Source of the DNA: an uncultured delta proteobacterium
GTDB lineage: Bacteria; Myxococcota_A; Polyangia; Polyangiales; Polyangiaceae
NCBI GenBank assembly: GCA_963696385.1
Contig: CAVOKF010000004.1
Location: forward strand, 1,088,001-1,152,000
Length of the DNA: 64,000 nt
Reading direction: 5' to 3'
In this document: positions 53,269-63,901 of the stretch, piece by piece
Layout: each line of letters starts with the position of its first letter
How positions within the stretch are numbered: the stretch's first letter is position 1
Notes under the pieces: generated by a model
What the model was told of the DNA's origin: nothing
Database searches by the model: none
Seen by the model: only the letters and a program-made list of their open reading frames with translations
Translations under genes and position numbers: made by a program

Positions 53269-54873
53269 GTGGTTGATGCGCGAGACGTCCGCATCGCGAA
53301 GCTTGTGGAGCTGCGCAAGCGCGCCGAAGAGCGTGAGCGACAACTGGGCGAGATCGTCGCGCAGCAGCAGACGCTGATCGCTGCGCAGCAGCAACTCATC
53401 GCCGAGCTGCAGCGTCGACTGTCCGAGCAAGATGCGCAGCAGAAGGCGCGCGCCGAAGAGATGAAGGCCGAGATCGACCGGCTGGAGCGGCAACTGTTGG
53501 GCCCGAAGACCGAGCGGACCCACGTTCCGCCGATCGACGCCGAGCTTCGCAACACCGAACCGATGACCGACGAAGAGCGCGCGCGCCGTCGCGAAGAGAT
53601 TGCACGCAAGCGACGCGAACGCGCACTCGCGAAGAACGCCGCGATGGCCGTCGAGCAGGTCGAGTACCCGGTACCCGAATCGATGAAGCCGTGCGCTCAT
53701 TGTGGCGGCGTGCATGCGCGAGCTCTCGAGCCCGAGCAGAGCACGACGTACGAGTACAAGCCGGGTCACTTCATCCGTCGTGTGCACAAGCGGCAGAAGC
53801 TCGCATGCAGCTGCGGCCAGTCCATCGTGACGGCGCCGCCGCCTCCGAAGCTCGTCGTCGGTGGACAGTACGGCTTCGGGTTCGCCGCATTCCTCATCGT
53901 GGAGAAGTGCGCCGACTCGATTCCCATTCATCGCATTGAGAAACGATTCGGCCGACTTGGGATCCCGATCTCGCGCAGCACGATGAACGATCTCGTTTAC
54001 AAGGCTGCCGAGATTGTTCGACCGCTCGTCGCTCGACTGCAGACGCGAATCGCGGCTCTCGAAGTCGTGCTCGCCGACGAGACCTCGATGCGCTTGCAGG
54101 ACCGTCCCAAGCGCGGCTTTGTCTGGGTGTTTCACGGTCACGATGAAGTCAGCGGCGGCAAGCTTGTTCTGTATGCCTTCGCCGTCGATCGAAGCGGCGA
54201 CACGCCGGCGAAGATCCTGGGTGGCACTCGCGGCACTCTCGTGGTGGACGGATACACGGGGTACAACCAGGTGACCGACCCGCTCGGACGCGCGCGCGGC
54301 GGATGCTGGAGCCACATGCGCAGAAAGCTCTTCGAGGCGCGCTCCACCCGTGCGGCCGAGGACATCGACCCCGCGCTCGGGATCATCCGCGAGATCTTTC
54401 GTGTCGAACACGACGCGACCGAGCAGAAGATCGTCCGCACTCCGGCCCATCTCGAGCTGCGAAATGCGCGTAGCGCTCCGCTGGTCGAGCAATTCTTTCA
54501 GTGGGCCGAACACAAGAAGGTCGAGGTCCTTCCGAAGGGCCCGCTCGGCGAGGCGCTCGGTTACGCGATTAACCAACGCGCTCGACTCGAGCTTTTCTTG
54601 TCGGATCCGCGTATTCCGATGCACAACAACGGCTCAGAGTCCCGCTTACGCGTTATTGCTCTGGCTCGCCATACGTACCTTTTCTTCGGACATCCACTCG
54701 CGGGCAAAAACTTCGCGGGGCTCTACTCGCTCGTCGGCTCCTGCATCGCCAACGAAGTCGAGCCGACGGAGTATCTCACCGACGTACTTGCCCGAGTCCG
54801 CGACGCAACGACCGACGAGCAGCTCGACGCGCTGCTACCCGATCGGTGGGCGCCACACGGTCCAGCGCCCTGA
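53269..54873 (+). CDS. tnpC: IS66 transposase TnpC
   Basis: ADETS, VVDGY.GY, CWSHMRRK, HNNGSE. Confidence 0.95.
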   Translation: MVDARDVRIAKLVELRKRAEERERQLGEIVAQQQTLIAAQQQLIAELQRRLSEQDAQQKARAEEMKAEIDRLERQLLGPKTERTHVPPIDAELRNTEPMTDEERARRREEIARKRRERALAKNAAMAVEQVEYPVPESMKPCAHCGGVHARALEPEQSTTYEYKPGHFIRRVHKRQKLACSCGQSIVTAPPPPKLVVGGQYGFGFAAFLIVEKCADSIPIHRIEKRFGRLGIPISRSTMNDLVYKAAEIVRPLVARLQTRIAALEVVLADETSMRLQDRPKRGFVWVFHGHDEVSGGKLVLYAFAVDRSGDTPAKILGGTRGTLVVDGYTGYNQVTDPLGRARGGCWSHMRRKLFEARSTRAAEDIDPALGIIREIFRVEHDATEQKIVRTPAHLELRNARSAPLVEQFFQWAEHKKVEVLPKGPLGEALGYAINQRARLELFLSDPRIPMHNNGSESRLRVIALARHTYLFFGHPLAGKNFAGLYSLVGSCIANEVEPTEYLTDVLARVRDATTDEQLDALLPDRWAPHGPAP

Positions 54874-55325
54874 ACCACTGGGGCGCAGCGCAACTCCCGC
54901 AATCCCCGAACGCGTCGCGCGTCGTCACGTCGATGCAGAGTGTCGCGCGAGTCCGCGACGCGACCCCAGCACGACGTGCCGCTATCCATACGAGCGCAGC
55001 GCCTCGCCTCTGCCCCCCTGAACCACTGGCCTGAAGTCGCCAAGCATGGTCGCGCTCTGTTGCGGCCGCGGCAACGACGTCAACGCGACGATGCTCTTGG
55101 CGTGCTCGCCAACAATCGCGACGAGTACTGGGACAAGAAGCTCGCCGCCGATACTTGGCAGGGGCCTCATCGCGGGAAAGGCCCGCCCCCTGAACCATTC
55201 TTGGACTCAGGTCAACAGCGGGGCGCGCCGGACGCTTACCGCGCGCCGGAACGAGCCATGGCCTCGTCGCTCAGATTTCCGCGCTCCCTGCGAGCGACAT
55301 CGCCGGCTCAATCTCTATTCGATGC

Positions 55326-56540
55326 TTATTCGATGCTTGCTCGGGCGATCAGCTCGTCCGGGCGTTCGTTTAGGAGCTCCGAGCAGGTACCGCCGATGGC
55401 GTACGACGCGATTTCTTGTTTGAGAACACGCACGAGTGACCCGTCGAGCTCGGATCGAAATATAGCAAAAAGTCGTTCTGCAGGGCCCTCCGGATCCTTC
55501 GTGGCGAACACTACCCGTCGCAGGGATATGTTGTTTCTCAAGCCGGCAGCGATCAGGTACTTGAAGTGCCCGTCAGAGGCTGGAATTGAGAAACCGAGGA
55601 TACCGATCCGAGTCGCATCGGTGAGGGCTTTCACCGCGTCGTCCCACACGAAGGCCAATGCGCCGTCGAAGTTTTTCTGCCAGGTCGGCGGAACAATCAA
55701 AGGGACGTATCGGGCCCCCAAAAGGTCTCGGTACGTCTCGTAATCCTTCAGGAGCCTCGTGTCCGGGATCTGGCTTCGCGGATTATCGGATCCGCTCGGG
55801 CGCGCCCAATTTATCGAGCCGTGCAGTTTGAGCAGTTTGACGCAGCGCTCGTGCGAGGGCCGCTTCTCGTCGTTCGCATCGATCGTACCATAGTTCCAGT
55901 CGATACCGAGCGCGGTCAGCGCGGTTTCGATGACCAAGTCGTAGTTGAACGTAATGATCGTAATGCGGCGGCGCGGGTCGTCGGCCCAGACGCGGCCGGT
56001 CAAGAAGGCGTAGGTCAACTCGCTCAGGGAACGGTCGATGATAACGATCGGTTGCTGGGGCGCGTTGATCGGCATGGGCCCGCGCATAGTCGCCGCGATT
56101 GTCTGCGTCGGTTGTTCGTCTGCCACATGCTGCCAGGACGGGGGTGCCGTCCAGCTTGGACCACTGTTTCGAGGAACACCCACTTTTCCGTGTGCAGCGC
56201 GAAACCCGGCCGAATAGTCGAGAGTCGACGCGATGGCGATCTTGACGTCGTCCATCAGGCCATTGCTTTCGCTGGCGGCTGCGAGACTGAACAGTTCCTC
56301 GATGTTCTCCGGATCCACTTGGACGCGGTAGGCGGCTGACGCGATCTCGTGCCGAAACGCCAAGACGTTCTGTATCGCCCTCTGCTCGCGCTCGCGACCG
56401 TCTTGGTCGTCAAGCCAGTCAAGTGCGTCTCGCATGCGATTGAGAAAGTTCGCGACGACCGGCATGCCTGCGTCGACCGAGGCGCCCGCGCCAAGGATGT
56501 AGACGACATTGTGATTGTAAAGGTCAGGTCCCATGCCCAT
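55326..56540 (-). CDS. SIR2-like (SIR2_2) domain protein, putative defence NADase
   Basis: ILGAGAS...P, ITFNYD, KLHGSINW, IVPPT, ILGFS. Confidence 0.85.
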   Translation of the reverse strand: MGMGPDLYNHNVVYILGAGASVDAGMPVVANFLNRMRDALDWLDDQDGREREQRAIQNVLAFRHEIASAAYRVQVDPENIEELFSLAAASESNGLMDDVKIAIASTLDYSAGFRAAHGKVGVPRNSGPSWTAPPSWQHVADEQPTQTIAATMRGPMPINAPQQPIVIIDRSLSELTYAFLTGRVWADDPRRRITIITFNYDLVIETALTALGIDWNYGTIDANDEKRPSHERCVKLLKLHGSINWARPSGSDNPRSQIPDTRLLKDYETYRDLLGARYVPLIVPPTWQKNFDGALAFVWDDAVKALTDATRIGILGFSIPASDGHFKYLIAAGLRNNISLRRVVFATKDPEGPAERLFAIFRSELDGSLVRVLKQEIASYAIGGTCSELLNERPDELIARASIE

Positions 56541-56807
56541 TCGGATCGCGAGCGTAACTGGAGCCGCCGAATCTTGCTGCCGCCGGCGAGTGCCCGGGGC
56601 CAAGGGTCGCCAGCGATCCGGCGAAGGCGATACGCGGATCAGCCGGTGGCGATACGTTCTGTACGGCGCGCTGTCGGGTCACGCAACCGAGAATCGTGGG
56701 GCAAAGCCGAGTCCTCCAGAACCAGTGCCCCAGTGCCCTGTAGTGGGCGGAGCGAACGCCCGGGTCATCTCGGTCATCTCGGAACCGCTGCCCGAGTCAG
56801 GCGAGCT

Positions 56808-56850
56808 CAAATCGGCCGCTCGGTGACAACGGAAGCCCCTAAGACGCGAT
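56808..56850 (+). repeat. dif-like repeat R6, left half (cut by IS4)
   Basis: CAAATCGGCCGCTCGGTGACAACGGAAGCCCCTAAGACGCGAT, then the IS end. Confidence 0.85.
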
Positions 56851-58326
56851 CATAAGTTGGTACTTAGGGATTCGGGATGGCGCTCGCTACCACACAAGTG
56901 CGAGTGGCTCGAGGCCCATAGCGAGACGTCCGCGCTTTCGATCGCGAGCAGGATGAGCGCGGCGCGCGTTGGAATCGAGGAACTTGAGCGCTTCGGCGAG
57001 GGCACGACGCAATTGGCGCGGTGAGTCGAGGAGGCCGCGGAGGACATCGTCGAAGTAATGCTTGCCGGACGCGGCGGCTCGCTGGGTCGAAAGCTCCACC
57101 CCCAGCGACGCTTCCGCGAAGTGTGCGAGCGAGCGTTTCAGAAGGGCTGCGAGCAGGCTCGCCCATATCATCGCTTTCGCGATAGCGGCCTTGCCCGTAT
57201 CGAAGGCATGAAGGTTGGCGTGAGATTTGAACTCTTTGAACAGGAGTTCCACCTGCCAGCGGAGGCGATACAAGCCGGCCACGTCGGCGGCGGAGAAGCG
57301 CTTGCGAGCGAGGTTGCTGTGCAGGTACACGAACGTCTTCGCGTTGCGCTTGCCGCGCTTGTAGATCGCCACAATTCGCCCGCGATACACGAATGAATTC
57401 GCCTGCCATTCGATGTCGAGATCGACCGTGTGGGCCGGAAGCAGGTCCCAGTTCAACTTCTGGCCGAGCAACTTGGGGATGGATTTGCCGGCGCTGTCGA
57501 AAGCGGCCCGAATGGTGGGTCGAATGTTTTTGGTTCCGCGGACGATGAAGGCGCCGCCCGCTTGGTCGACGTCGAAAAAGAATTTTCGCTCCTCGTACCC
57601 TCGGTCGGCCAGAAAGAGCCGCTCGCGAAGACTCGCGGCCTCGGGACGGTAGGTTCGCTCGGTCTCCTTGTCGGCCGTCAGGGCGACGATGCGCACATCG
57701 TCTTGGAGCAGACTCATCGTGACGTGCAGTTCCACGGCGGCAGGCGAGATTTTTGTAAAGCGGCCCGGCCATGTGCCTTTCAAGTCGTCCTTGAGCGCGA
57801 ACGACGTCCCGTCGTGAATGACGATGTCCCGAAAGGTCGACAGTTTGGGGGACACGGCGTGCAGAACCGGCTGGCTCATCTTCTGTACCGTCGCTTCCAG
57901 CAGCATCCGAAACATCTCTGGAAAGGACGCTTGCGCGAGCCGGTTGTGAAAGGGCTTATATCGCAGCGAAAGGCCCGCGAATTTCCGGAACGTCCGCAGA
58001 ATATCGGCCAACCACTTGGCGTGGCCCGACCCGAGCGTCGACAGCACCGCCACGACCATCGCCAGCGGCATCACCTTGCGCACTCGCCGTAGCCAGCCGC
58101 TACGTCTCGCGATCGCGGTCACCTCCTCCTCGCCGAGTACTTCCGTAAGCCGTTTCGCATACACGCCGACTCCGGCGCGTGTACTGTTTGATCCGTGCAT
58201 CGGGGGTCTCCTTTCGCGTTGTCTCACAACAGCGTCTAGAGAATCCCCGATGCCTTTGACTATCCAATTCGTGCACTATGCACGTAAGTGATCGAGATCA
58301 CTCGGGAAATAAAGATCCTACCTATG
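56851..58326 (-). mobile_element. IS4-family element (transposase 56887..58200)
   Basis: IHDGTSF, LADRGY, YRLRWQVELLFKEFK (YREK); ends CATAAGTTGG / CCTACCTATG. Confidence 0.95.
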
Positions 58327-58398
58327 AACGGGTTATATGTGACCGCCGCGGTTTCCGCGGCTCTTCGTTGATCGATACGCTTTCGACCGGCTACTCGC
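58327..58398 (+). repeat. dif-like repeat, right half (spacer CGGGTT)
   Basis: AA CGGGTT ATATGTGACCG...TTTCCGCGGCTCTTCGTTGA...GGCTACTCGC. Confidence 0.85.
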
Positions 58399-58580
58399 TC
58401 CTTGCCTCCCCGCCATCGCGAGGACCGTCATCGACGCCACAACATCGCGACGACCGTCGCATATTCCGGCGTGGCTCAGGCTGTCGTTCCAATGTAGCAT
58501 CGCGACGTGAGGGGACCCTTGTCAATCGCCGTCCAGACCGCGACAGCCGCGGCGCGCAATTGGCGCTGGTAGCTACCGGC

Positions 58581-59261
58581 ATGGCGCTCATCTCCTGCCC
58601 GGACTGCGGCCGCTCGGTATCGGATGCTGCCGTCGCGTGCGGCGGCTGCGGGCTTCCGATTGCCGGCCATTTCGTTCATCCGCAGTCGCGGCCCCGCTGG
58701 TACCACACCACTGTTGTCGTCGGGCTGGCGCTGTTGCTTGTCTATCCAATCGGTCTGCTTCTGCTCTGGACCGATCGAAGGACGAAGGGATCCACGAAGG
58801 CGTTGGCCACCGTGCTGTTCGGTTTGCTGTTCATGGCGGTCATGCGCGGCGCATCGTCTGACCACGTCGCTTCGTCGACGAGCGACGGTTCGCGGGGACA
58901 ATCGATCCTTCACGCTATGGTGAACCGGGACCAAGCACCCACCGCCAACACCTACGCCGTGCCGCTTTCCACGCTGCTCGGCGAGTATTCGGATAACGAA
59001 GTGCGCGCTGACGTTCGCTATAAACAACATTGGATTCGGACCTCGGGGATCGTCGGCGAGGTCAAAAAGGACATCACGGACAGTCCCTTTGTGACCATTG
59101 GTAATGGCAGCGAATTTCAGATCCCGGTTGTCCAGTGCTTGCTTGCGGATGATCAAGTCGCCCGGGCCGCAAGCTTTTCGAAAGGAGATCGGGTCAAGAT
59201 CGTCGGGCGAGTCGACGGCCTCATGATGAACGTAATCATGAGGGATTGTCGGTTCGAGTAA
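58581..59261 (+). CDS. Zinc-ribbon + TM + OB-fold (tRNA_anti-like) protein
   Basis: MALISCPDCG.SVSD.A.AC..CG.P; EYSDNEVRAD..YK; KGDRVKIVG. Confidence 0.8.
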   Translation: MALISCPDCGRSVSDAAVACGGCGLPIAGHFVHPQSRPRWYHTTVVVGLALLLVYPIGLLLLWTDRRTKGSTKALATVLFGLLFMAVMRGASSDHVASSTSDGSRGQSILHAMVNRDQAPTANTYAVPLSTLLGEYSDNEVRADVRYKQHWIRTSGIVGEVKKDITDSPFVTIGNGSEFQIPVVQCLLADDQVARAASFSKGDRVKIVGRVDGLMMNVIMRDCRFE

Positions 59262-59306
59262 CGGGAGGAAGGTGTCACCGGCGGCGACTCACGCTTGCCG
59301 ACCTGC

Positions 59307-59416
59307 CAAATCGGTTCGCCGATTCAGCGATAACGAACGCCCCTAAGACGCGATATGTTTCCGCGCCCGCTTCCGCGGCTCTTCGTCGACCGACGCACTT
59401 TGGGCTTACTACTCGC
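59307..59416 (+). repeat. dif-like repeat R7 (core 59336-59363, spacer GACGCG)
   Basis: Left half matches R5, right half matches R2/R3. Confidence 0.9.
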
Positions 59417-59418
59417 TC

Positions 59419-59991
59419 GTAAAGCGGCCCGGCCATGTGCGTTTCAAGTCGTCCTTGAGCGCGAACGACGTCCCGTCGTGAATGACGATGTCCCGAAAGG
59501 TCGACAGTTTGGGGGACACGGCGTGAAGAACCGGCTGGCTCATCTTCTGTACCGTCGCTTCCAGCAGCATCCGAAACATCTCTGGAAAGGACGTCTTCGC
59601 GAGCCGGTTGTGAAAGGGCTTATATCGCAGCGAAATGCCCGCGAATCTCCGGAACGTCCGCAGAATATCGGCCAACCACTTGGCCTGGCCCGACCCGAGC
59701 GTGGACAGCACCGCCACGACCATCGCCAGCGGCATCACCTTGCGCACGCGCCGTAGCCAGCCGCTACGTCTCGCGATCGCGGTCACCTGCTCCTCGCCGA
59801 GTACTTCCGTAAGCCGTTTCGCATACACGCCGACTTCGGCGCGTGTACCGTTCGATCCGTGCATCGGGGTCTCCTTTCGCGTTGTCCCACAACACCGCGT
59901 CTAGAGAATCCCCGATGCCTTTGACTATCCAATTCGTGCACTATGCACGTAAGTGATCGACATCACTCGAGAAATAAAGATCCTACCTATG
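59419..59991 (-). mobile_element. Truncated second IS4 copy
   Basis: Close homolog of 57756-58326, cut after GRFT. Confidence 0.9.
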
Positions 59992-60040
59992 ATAACCCGT
60001 TAGGGGCTTCCGCCGTCGCTGTAATGGCGAACCGATTTGG
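59992..60040 (-). repeat. dif-like repeat R8, left half (spacer CGGGTT), cut by IS4
   Basis: Reverse: CCAAATCGGTTCGCC...GAAGCCCCTAA CGGGTT AT, then the IS end. Confidence 0.85.
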
Positions 60041-60550
60041 TATCCACTGCACGAATCGGCGAGTAGCCGGTCGTTGAGCAGTTCGCCAATTTGGTCCGCC
60101 TTCAGCTCGAACCTCCCGTTGGCGGTTGGCCCATAAGAAGTCCTATGTGAAGACGGCTCCCTTGCCAGCTCGCGCCCGCTTGCACGGCCTATCCGCCCGA
60201 GTCGTCGCCGAAAGAAGGGCAGTCCACGAGCCGCTGGCGAGAGTTCTTAGGCCGCTCGCCGCTCAAGCAGGGCCTGCTGGCAGCAAGGCCCTTGCGCCAG
60301 CTCCACGGTGCGCATCTCTTGGTCGACGACTTGCAGGGACATCAGGGGTCGAAGTGTGCCTGCACGCAAGCGTCTGCCGGGAAACACCGCGCTAATGGTG
60401 AGAAGCCCAACAGAATCAAGTAGGTCGTAGAGGAAGCACCTCAAAAACATCCCCATTTAGCGTTTCGCGAAATACCTGGCTGCGCTCTTGCATCTGCAAA
60501 ACCGAGCGGGGCGGTGGATACCGATCAGTGACCGCAAGGGAGTGACTCCG

Positions 60551-61774
60551 ATGACCGAAAGACTGGCTCAGTTCGGCGACTACCAGAACGAGATCTACAA
60601 CGCGGGATTGCACGGAACATTGCCGGGCTTCCCGATGGTCTATGCGGAGCTGGAAGCGAGAGGGACGAGAGCCCTGTCTCCTTCCGTGCTCTCCTTCGTC
60701 GCGGGAGGCGCTGGCGACGAACTGACCCAACGCAACAACGTCGACGCGTTCCAACGGTGGGGTCTGATTCCGCGCATGCTCGTCGGGGCGACCAAGCGAG
60801 ATCTCTCCGTGCAGTTGTTCGGAATGACGTTCCCGTCCCCACTTCTCATGGCTCCGATTGGCGTCATCGGAGTGTGCGCACAAGACGGGCACGGCGATCT
60901 GGCCACAGCCGAGGCGGCGGCGCGCAGCGGCGTTCCGATGATCGCGTCAACGCTGTCCGTCGATCCGATGGAGGACGTGGCCCGCCGCTTCGGGGGGACG
61001 CCAGGTTTCTTTCAGCTCTACACCCCTACCGACCGGGACCTGGCCGCGAGCTTCGTCCATCGGGCGGAAGCCGCGGGCTTCAAAGGGATTGTCGTCACTC
61101 TCGATACGTGGATCACCGGTTGGCGTCCGCGCGATCTGGCCGGCAGCAATTTCCCTCAACTGCGAGGACACTGCTTGGCCAACTACACCTCCGATCCCGT
61201 ATTCAAGGCGCGCCTTGGTAAGGACCCCCTAAGCGACATGTCTGCGGCTGTGAAGCTTTGGACAGAGGTATTCGGCAATCCACTGACCTGGGAGGACCTG
61301 CCCTGGCTACGCTCGCTCACGAAGCTGCCGTTGCTGCTCAAGGGCATCTGTCATCCCGACGATGTCCGCCGCGCGAAGGGCGGAGGGGTGGACGGAATCT
61401 ACTGTTCCAATCATGGTGGCCGACAGGCCAACGGCGGGCTGGCTACACTCGACTGCCTACCGGATCTCGTGGAGGCGGCAGATGGTATGCCCGTGCTCTT
61501 CGACTCCGGCGTCCGTTCCGGCGCCGACGTGGTTAAGGCCCTCGCCCTGGGCGCCACCGCGGTCGGCATCGGCCGGCCGTATGCTTACGGTCTCGCGATT
61601 GGCGGCGTCGACGGCATCGTTCACGTCTTGCGTACCGTCCTCGCGGAGGCCGACCTAATGATGGCCGTTGATGGCTATCGTAGTCGGGCGGACCTGACGC
61701 CAGCGTGTCTGCGCCTCATTTGCAACTGCTTCGCAACTGTGTCGACAATGACCAGAGGGCGCGAGCATGAATAG
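60551..61774 (+). CDS. FMN-dependent alpha-hydroxy acid oxidase / lactate 2-monooxygenase
   Basis: APIG, VVTLD, LKGI, SNHGGRQ, DSGVRSG. Confidence 0.95.
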   Translation: MTERLAQFGDYQNEIYNAGLHGTLPGFPMVYAELEARGTRALSPSVLSFVAGGAGDELTQRNNVDAFQRWGLIPRMLVGATKRDLSVQLFGMTFPSPLLMAPIGVIGVCAQDGHGDLATAEAAARSGVPMIASTLSVDPMEDVARRFGGTPGFFQLYTPTDRDLAASFVHRAEAAGFKGIVVTLDTWITGWRPRDLAGSNFPQLRGHCLANYTSDPVFKARLGKDPLSDMSAAVKLWTEVFGNPLTWEDLPWLRSLTKLPLLLKGICHPDDVRRAKGGGVDGIYCSNHGGRQANGGLATLDCLPDLVEAADGMPVLFDSGVRSGADVVKALALGATAVGIGRPYAYGLAIGGVDGIVHVLRTVLAEADLMMAVDGYRSRADLTPACLRLICNCFATVSTMTRGREHE

Positions 61775-62237
61775 CGTGTGGGTTCTCGTTTGCGATGCCG
61801 CAAAGGCAAGGGTCTTCGATGTGCGCGAAGGAGGGGCGTCGTGGCGTCTCGTGTCGGAGACTTTCCACGCTGGCTCGCGTAGCAAAGCCGCCGCCCTCGC
61901 TGGGGACCGGTCGGGGAGCCGCTCGTCTCAGGGTCGATCCGTGCACCACAACGCGCTCGCGCGCGCGTTATCGCCGAAGGAGGTCCAAAAGGAACACCTC
62001 GCCCACGAGCTTGGAAGGACGCTCGACCAGGCGGTACGCTCGTCCGAGTTCGAGCACTGGGTGCTCGTCGCGCCGCCGCACTTCGTCGGATTGATCGAGA
62101 GCGAGCTGAGCCCCGCGCTGAAGAAGAGCCTTCTGACGACGGTGGGCGAGGACTTGAACCACCTCGATCAGCGCGCCCTGGAAGAAACGCTCCGCGAGAG
62201 CGTTCGCGTTCCCCTCGACCAGCAGGACGGGGCCTAG
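61767..62237 (+). CDS. Host attachment protein family
   Basis: [22 protein letters not shown]. Confidence 0.85.
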   Translation: MNSVWVLVCDAAKARVFDVREGGASWRLVSETFHAGSRSKAAALAGDRSGSRSSQGRSVHHNALARALSPKEVQKEHLAHELGRTLDQAVRSSEFEHWVLVAPPHFVGLIESELSPALKKSLLTTVGEDLNHLDQRALEETLRESVRVPLDQQDGA

Positions 62238-62239
62238 CG

Positions 62240-63360
62240 ATGTCCGCTTTGGGGAGCACTCTGGACGGGACGGCGATCCCCCGCTTCACCGCTGTCGACG
62301 TCTCCGGTGACGACGACAGTTGGTTCGCCAAGCTGGCATCGGCCTATCTTGCGAAGCGCCTGACGCGCGCCCGTGTGGCCCAGGCTGCCGGCACCGCCAC
62401 GGAATCCGAACGTGCAGAGACAGCGATACGTGCCGCCTGCGTAAAGTGCGCACTGACGGGCGCCGGCTCGGGCACGGTGACCACAGCAGCCGAGCTCTTG
62501 ACGGCCGAGTCCGGCGGCTTTGCAGCTCTCGTCACCGTTCCCGTGGCAGCACTGACGATCGGGGGCGAGATGGTTTTCCGCGCGGTCGTGCACCTTGGTC
62601 TCGCATGCGACCTCGCCGAGATATTCGGCGTGCCTTTCGATGCCCGGGACCGCACCGCGTTCTGGCGCCTCTGTGCCCTCGCCTTCCGCGTGCCCTCTGA
62701 CGGCGGCGGGCGGCCGACCTGGGACAGCAGCTCGTGAAGCGGATGCTGCAACCCGACGAGGACATCGGCTCCAGCATCGGCTCGATGCTGCTCAGCGAGA
62801 GCCTCCTGCGCAACATCGTGCCGGTCGTGGCACCGGTGACGTCCTCGCTGGCGAACTGGAGGATGACCCGCAGGCTCGGCGACACGGTCACGAGGTACAT
62901 GCGCTACCACCGCGCGTTTCGTGACGAGATGTTGGAAGTCGGCTCTCGTTGCGCCGCGCATTTCGGCCTGCTCGCCGAGGGGCTCTGGTTTCTCTTCAGC
63001 GCCGACGGACGTCTGAGCCCGGAAGAGACCGGCGTGCTCGCGTATCTCGTCAGGCTCCTCCCTTCCGACGAGCGCGCTGTCGTGATGGCAAGGTTCGTCG
63101 AGGACGAGTACGGATGGATGCAGCGACTCGCCGAGCTCCCGGAGAACGAGCGCGACGACTTCTTTCAAGCGCTCGAGATCGCGGCGACCGTCGACACGGT
63201 CGTCACGCTGCCCGAGCGCCGGATCCTGCGCGGCGCCGCGCGCGCTCTCCGACGGAGTTACGACGACGCGCGCATCGCCCAGATGGTCAAGGACTTCGGC
63301 GATGTGGGTGTGCTGCGAGCCGAAAAAGGGGCGCGGGCAAGGCAGGCCGGTCGTGGGTGA
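62240..63360 (+). CDS. Hypothetical protein (EcsC/TerB-like), split by a probable frameshift near 62715
   Basis: LACDLAEIFG; ADGRLSPEE; LEIAATVD.VVTLPERRIL. Confidence 0.6.
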
Positions 63361-63901
63361 CGACGGACTGCCGCTCGATCGGTGGGCGAATTTTTACGTC
63401 ATCACGTCGACGGCAGCTGCAACCCTCGTCGGGCTGCTCTTCGTGGTCATCACCCTAGCAGCCGAACGCGCGCCTGCCAGTCAGGCAGGTAAGATCCGTC
63501 TGTACCTCACTCCTACCGTCGTCTACTTGGCGTCGGTGCTGTACTTCGCCGCTGCGCTGGCGTTCCCCACTCAGTCGCGGCTATCGACAGCCATCTGCTG
63601 TTGCCTCGGGGGTGCGGCCGGCGTCGTCTACCCGCTCTCCATGCTCTTCCACAGCGGCGGTGCCAGTCGATTCTACGAGCGCGCAGACGTGTTCTACTAC
63701 GTTGTGTCGCCCGCAGCCGCATACGCTCTGGTCATCGTAGGCGGCGCGATGCTGATGCATACACCGCAGCGCGGCCTGACTGTCGTGGCCGTCGGCGTGT
63801 TCGCGTTCATCGTGATCGGCCTACGCAATGCGTGGGCGATCGTCGTGGATCTCGTGGCCCGGCGCCATTTCGGGAAGGAGGCCGACGATCGCGAGCGTTA
63901 G
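63353..63901 (+). CDS. Hypothetical membrane protein
   Basis: WANFYVITSTAAATLVGLLFV...GLRNAWAIV. Confidence 0.8.
   Translation: MGDDGLPLDRWANFYVITSTAAATLVGLLFVVITLAAERAPASQAGKIRLYLTPTVVYLASVLYFAAALAFPTQSRLSTAICCCLGGAAGVVYPLSMLFHSGGASRFYERADVFYYVVSPAAAYALVIVGGAMLMHTPQRGLTVVAVGVFAFIVIGLRNAWAIVVDLVARRHFGKEADDRER

Larger units (their letters stand above)
52418..55239 (+). mobile_element. Complete IS66-family element with 8-bp TSD CGCGCGCC
   Basis: TIR GTAACCGTCCGGC / GCCGGACGCTTAC; flanks 52410-52417 and 55240-55247 are identical. Confidence 0.95.

Noticed and set aside
47641..60073. Repeats as a CRISPR array or integron attC sites
   Set aside because: Too long, both orientations and irregular spacing; no cas or intI gene; no RYYYAAC...GTTRRRY palindromic ends.
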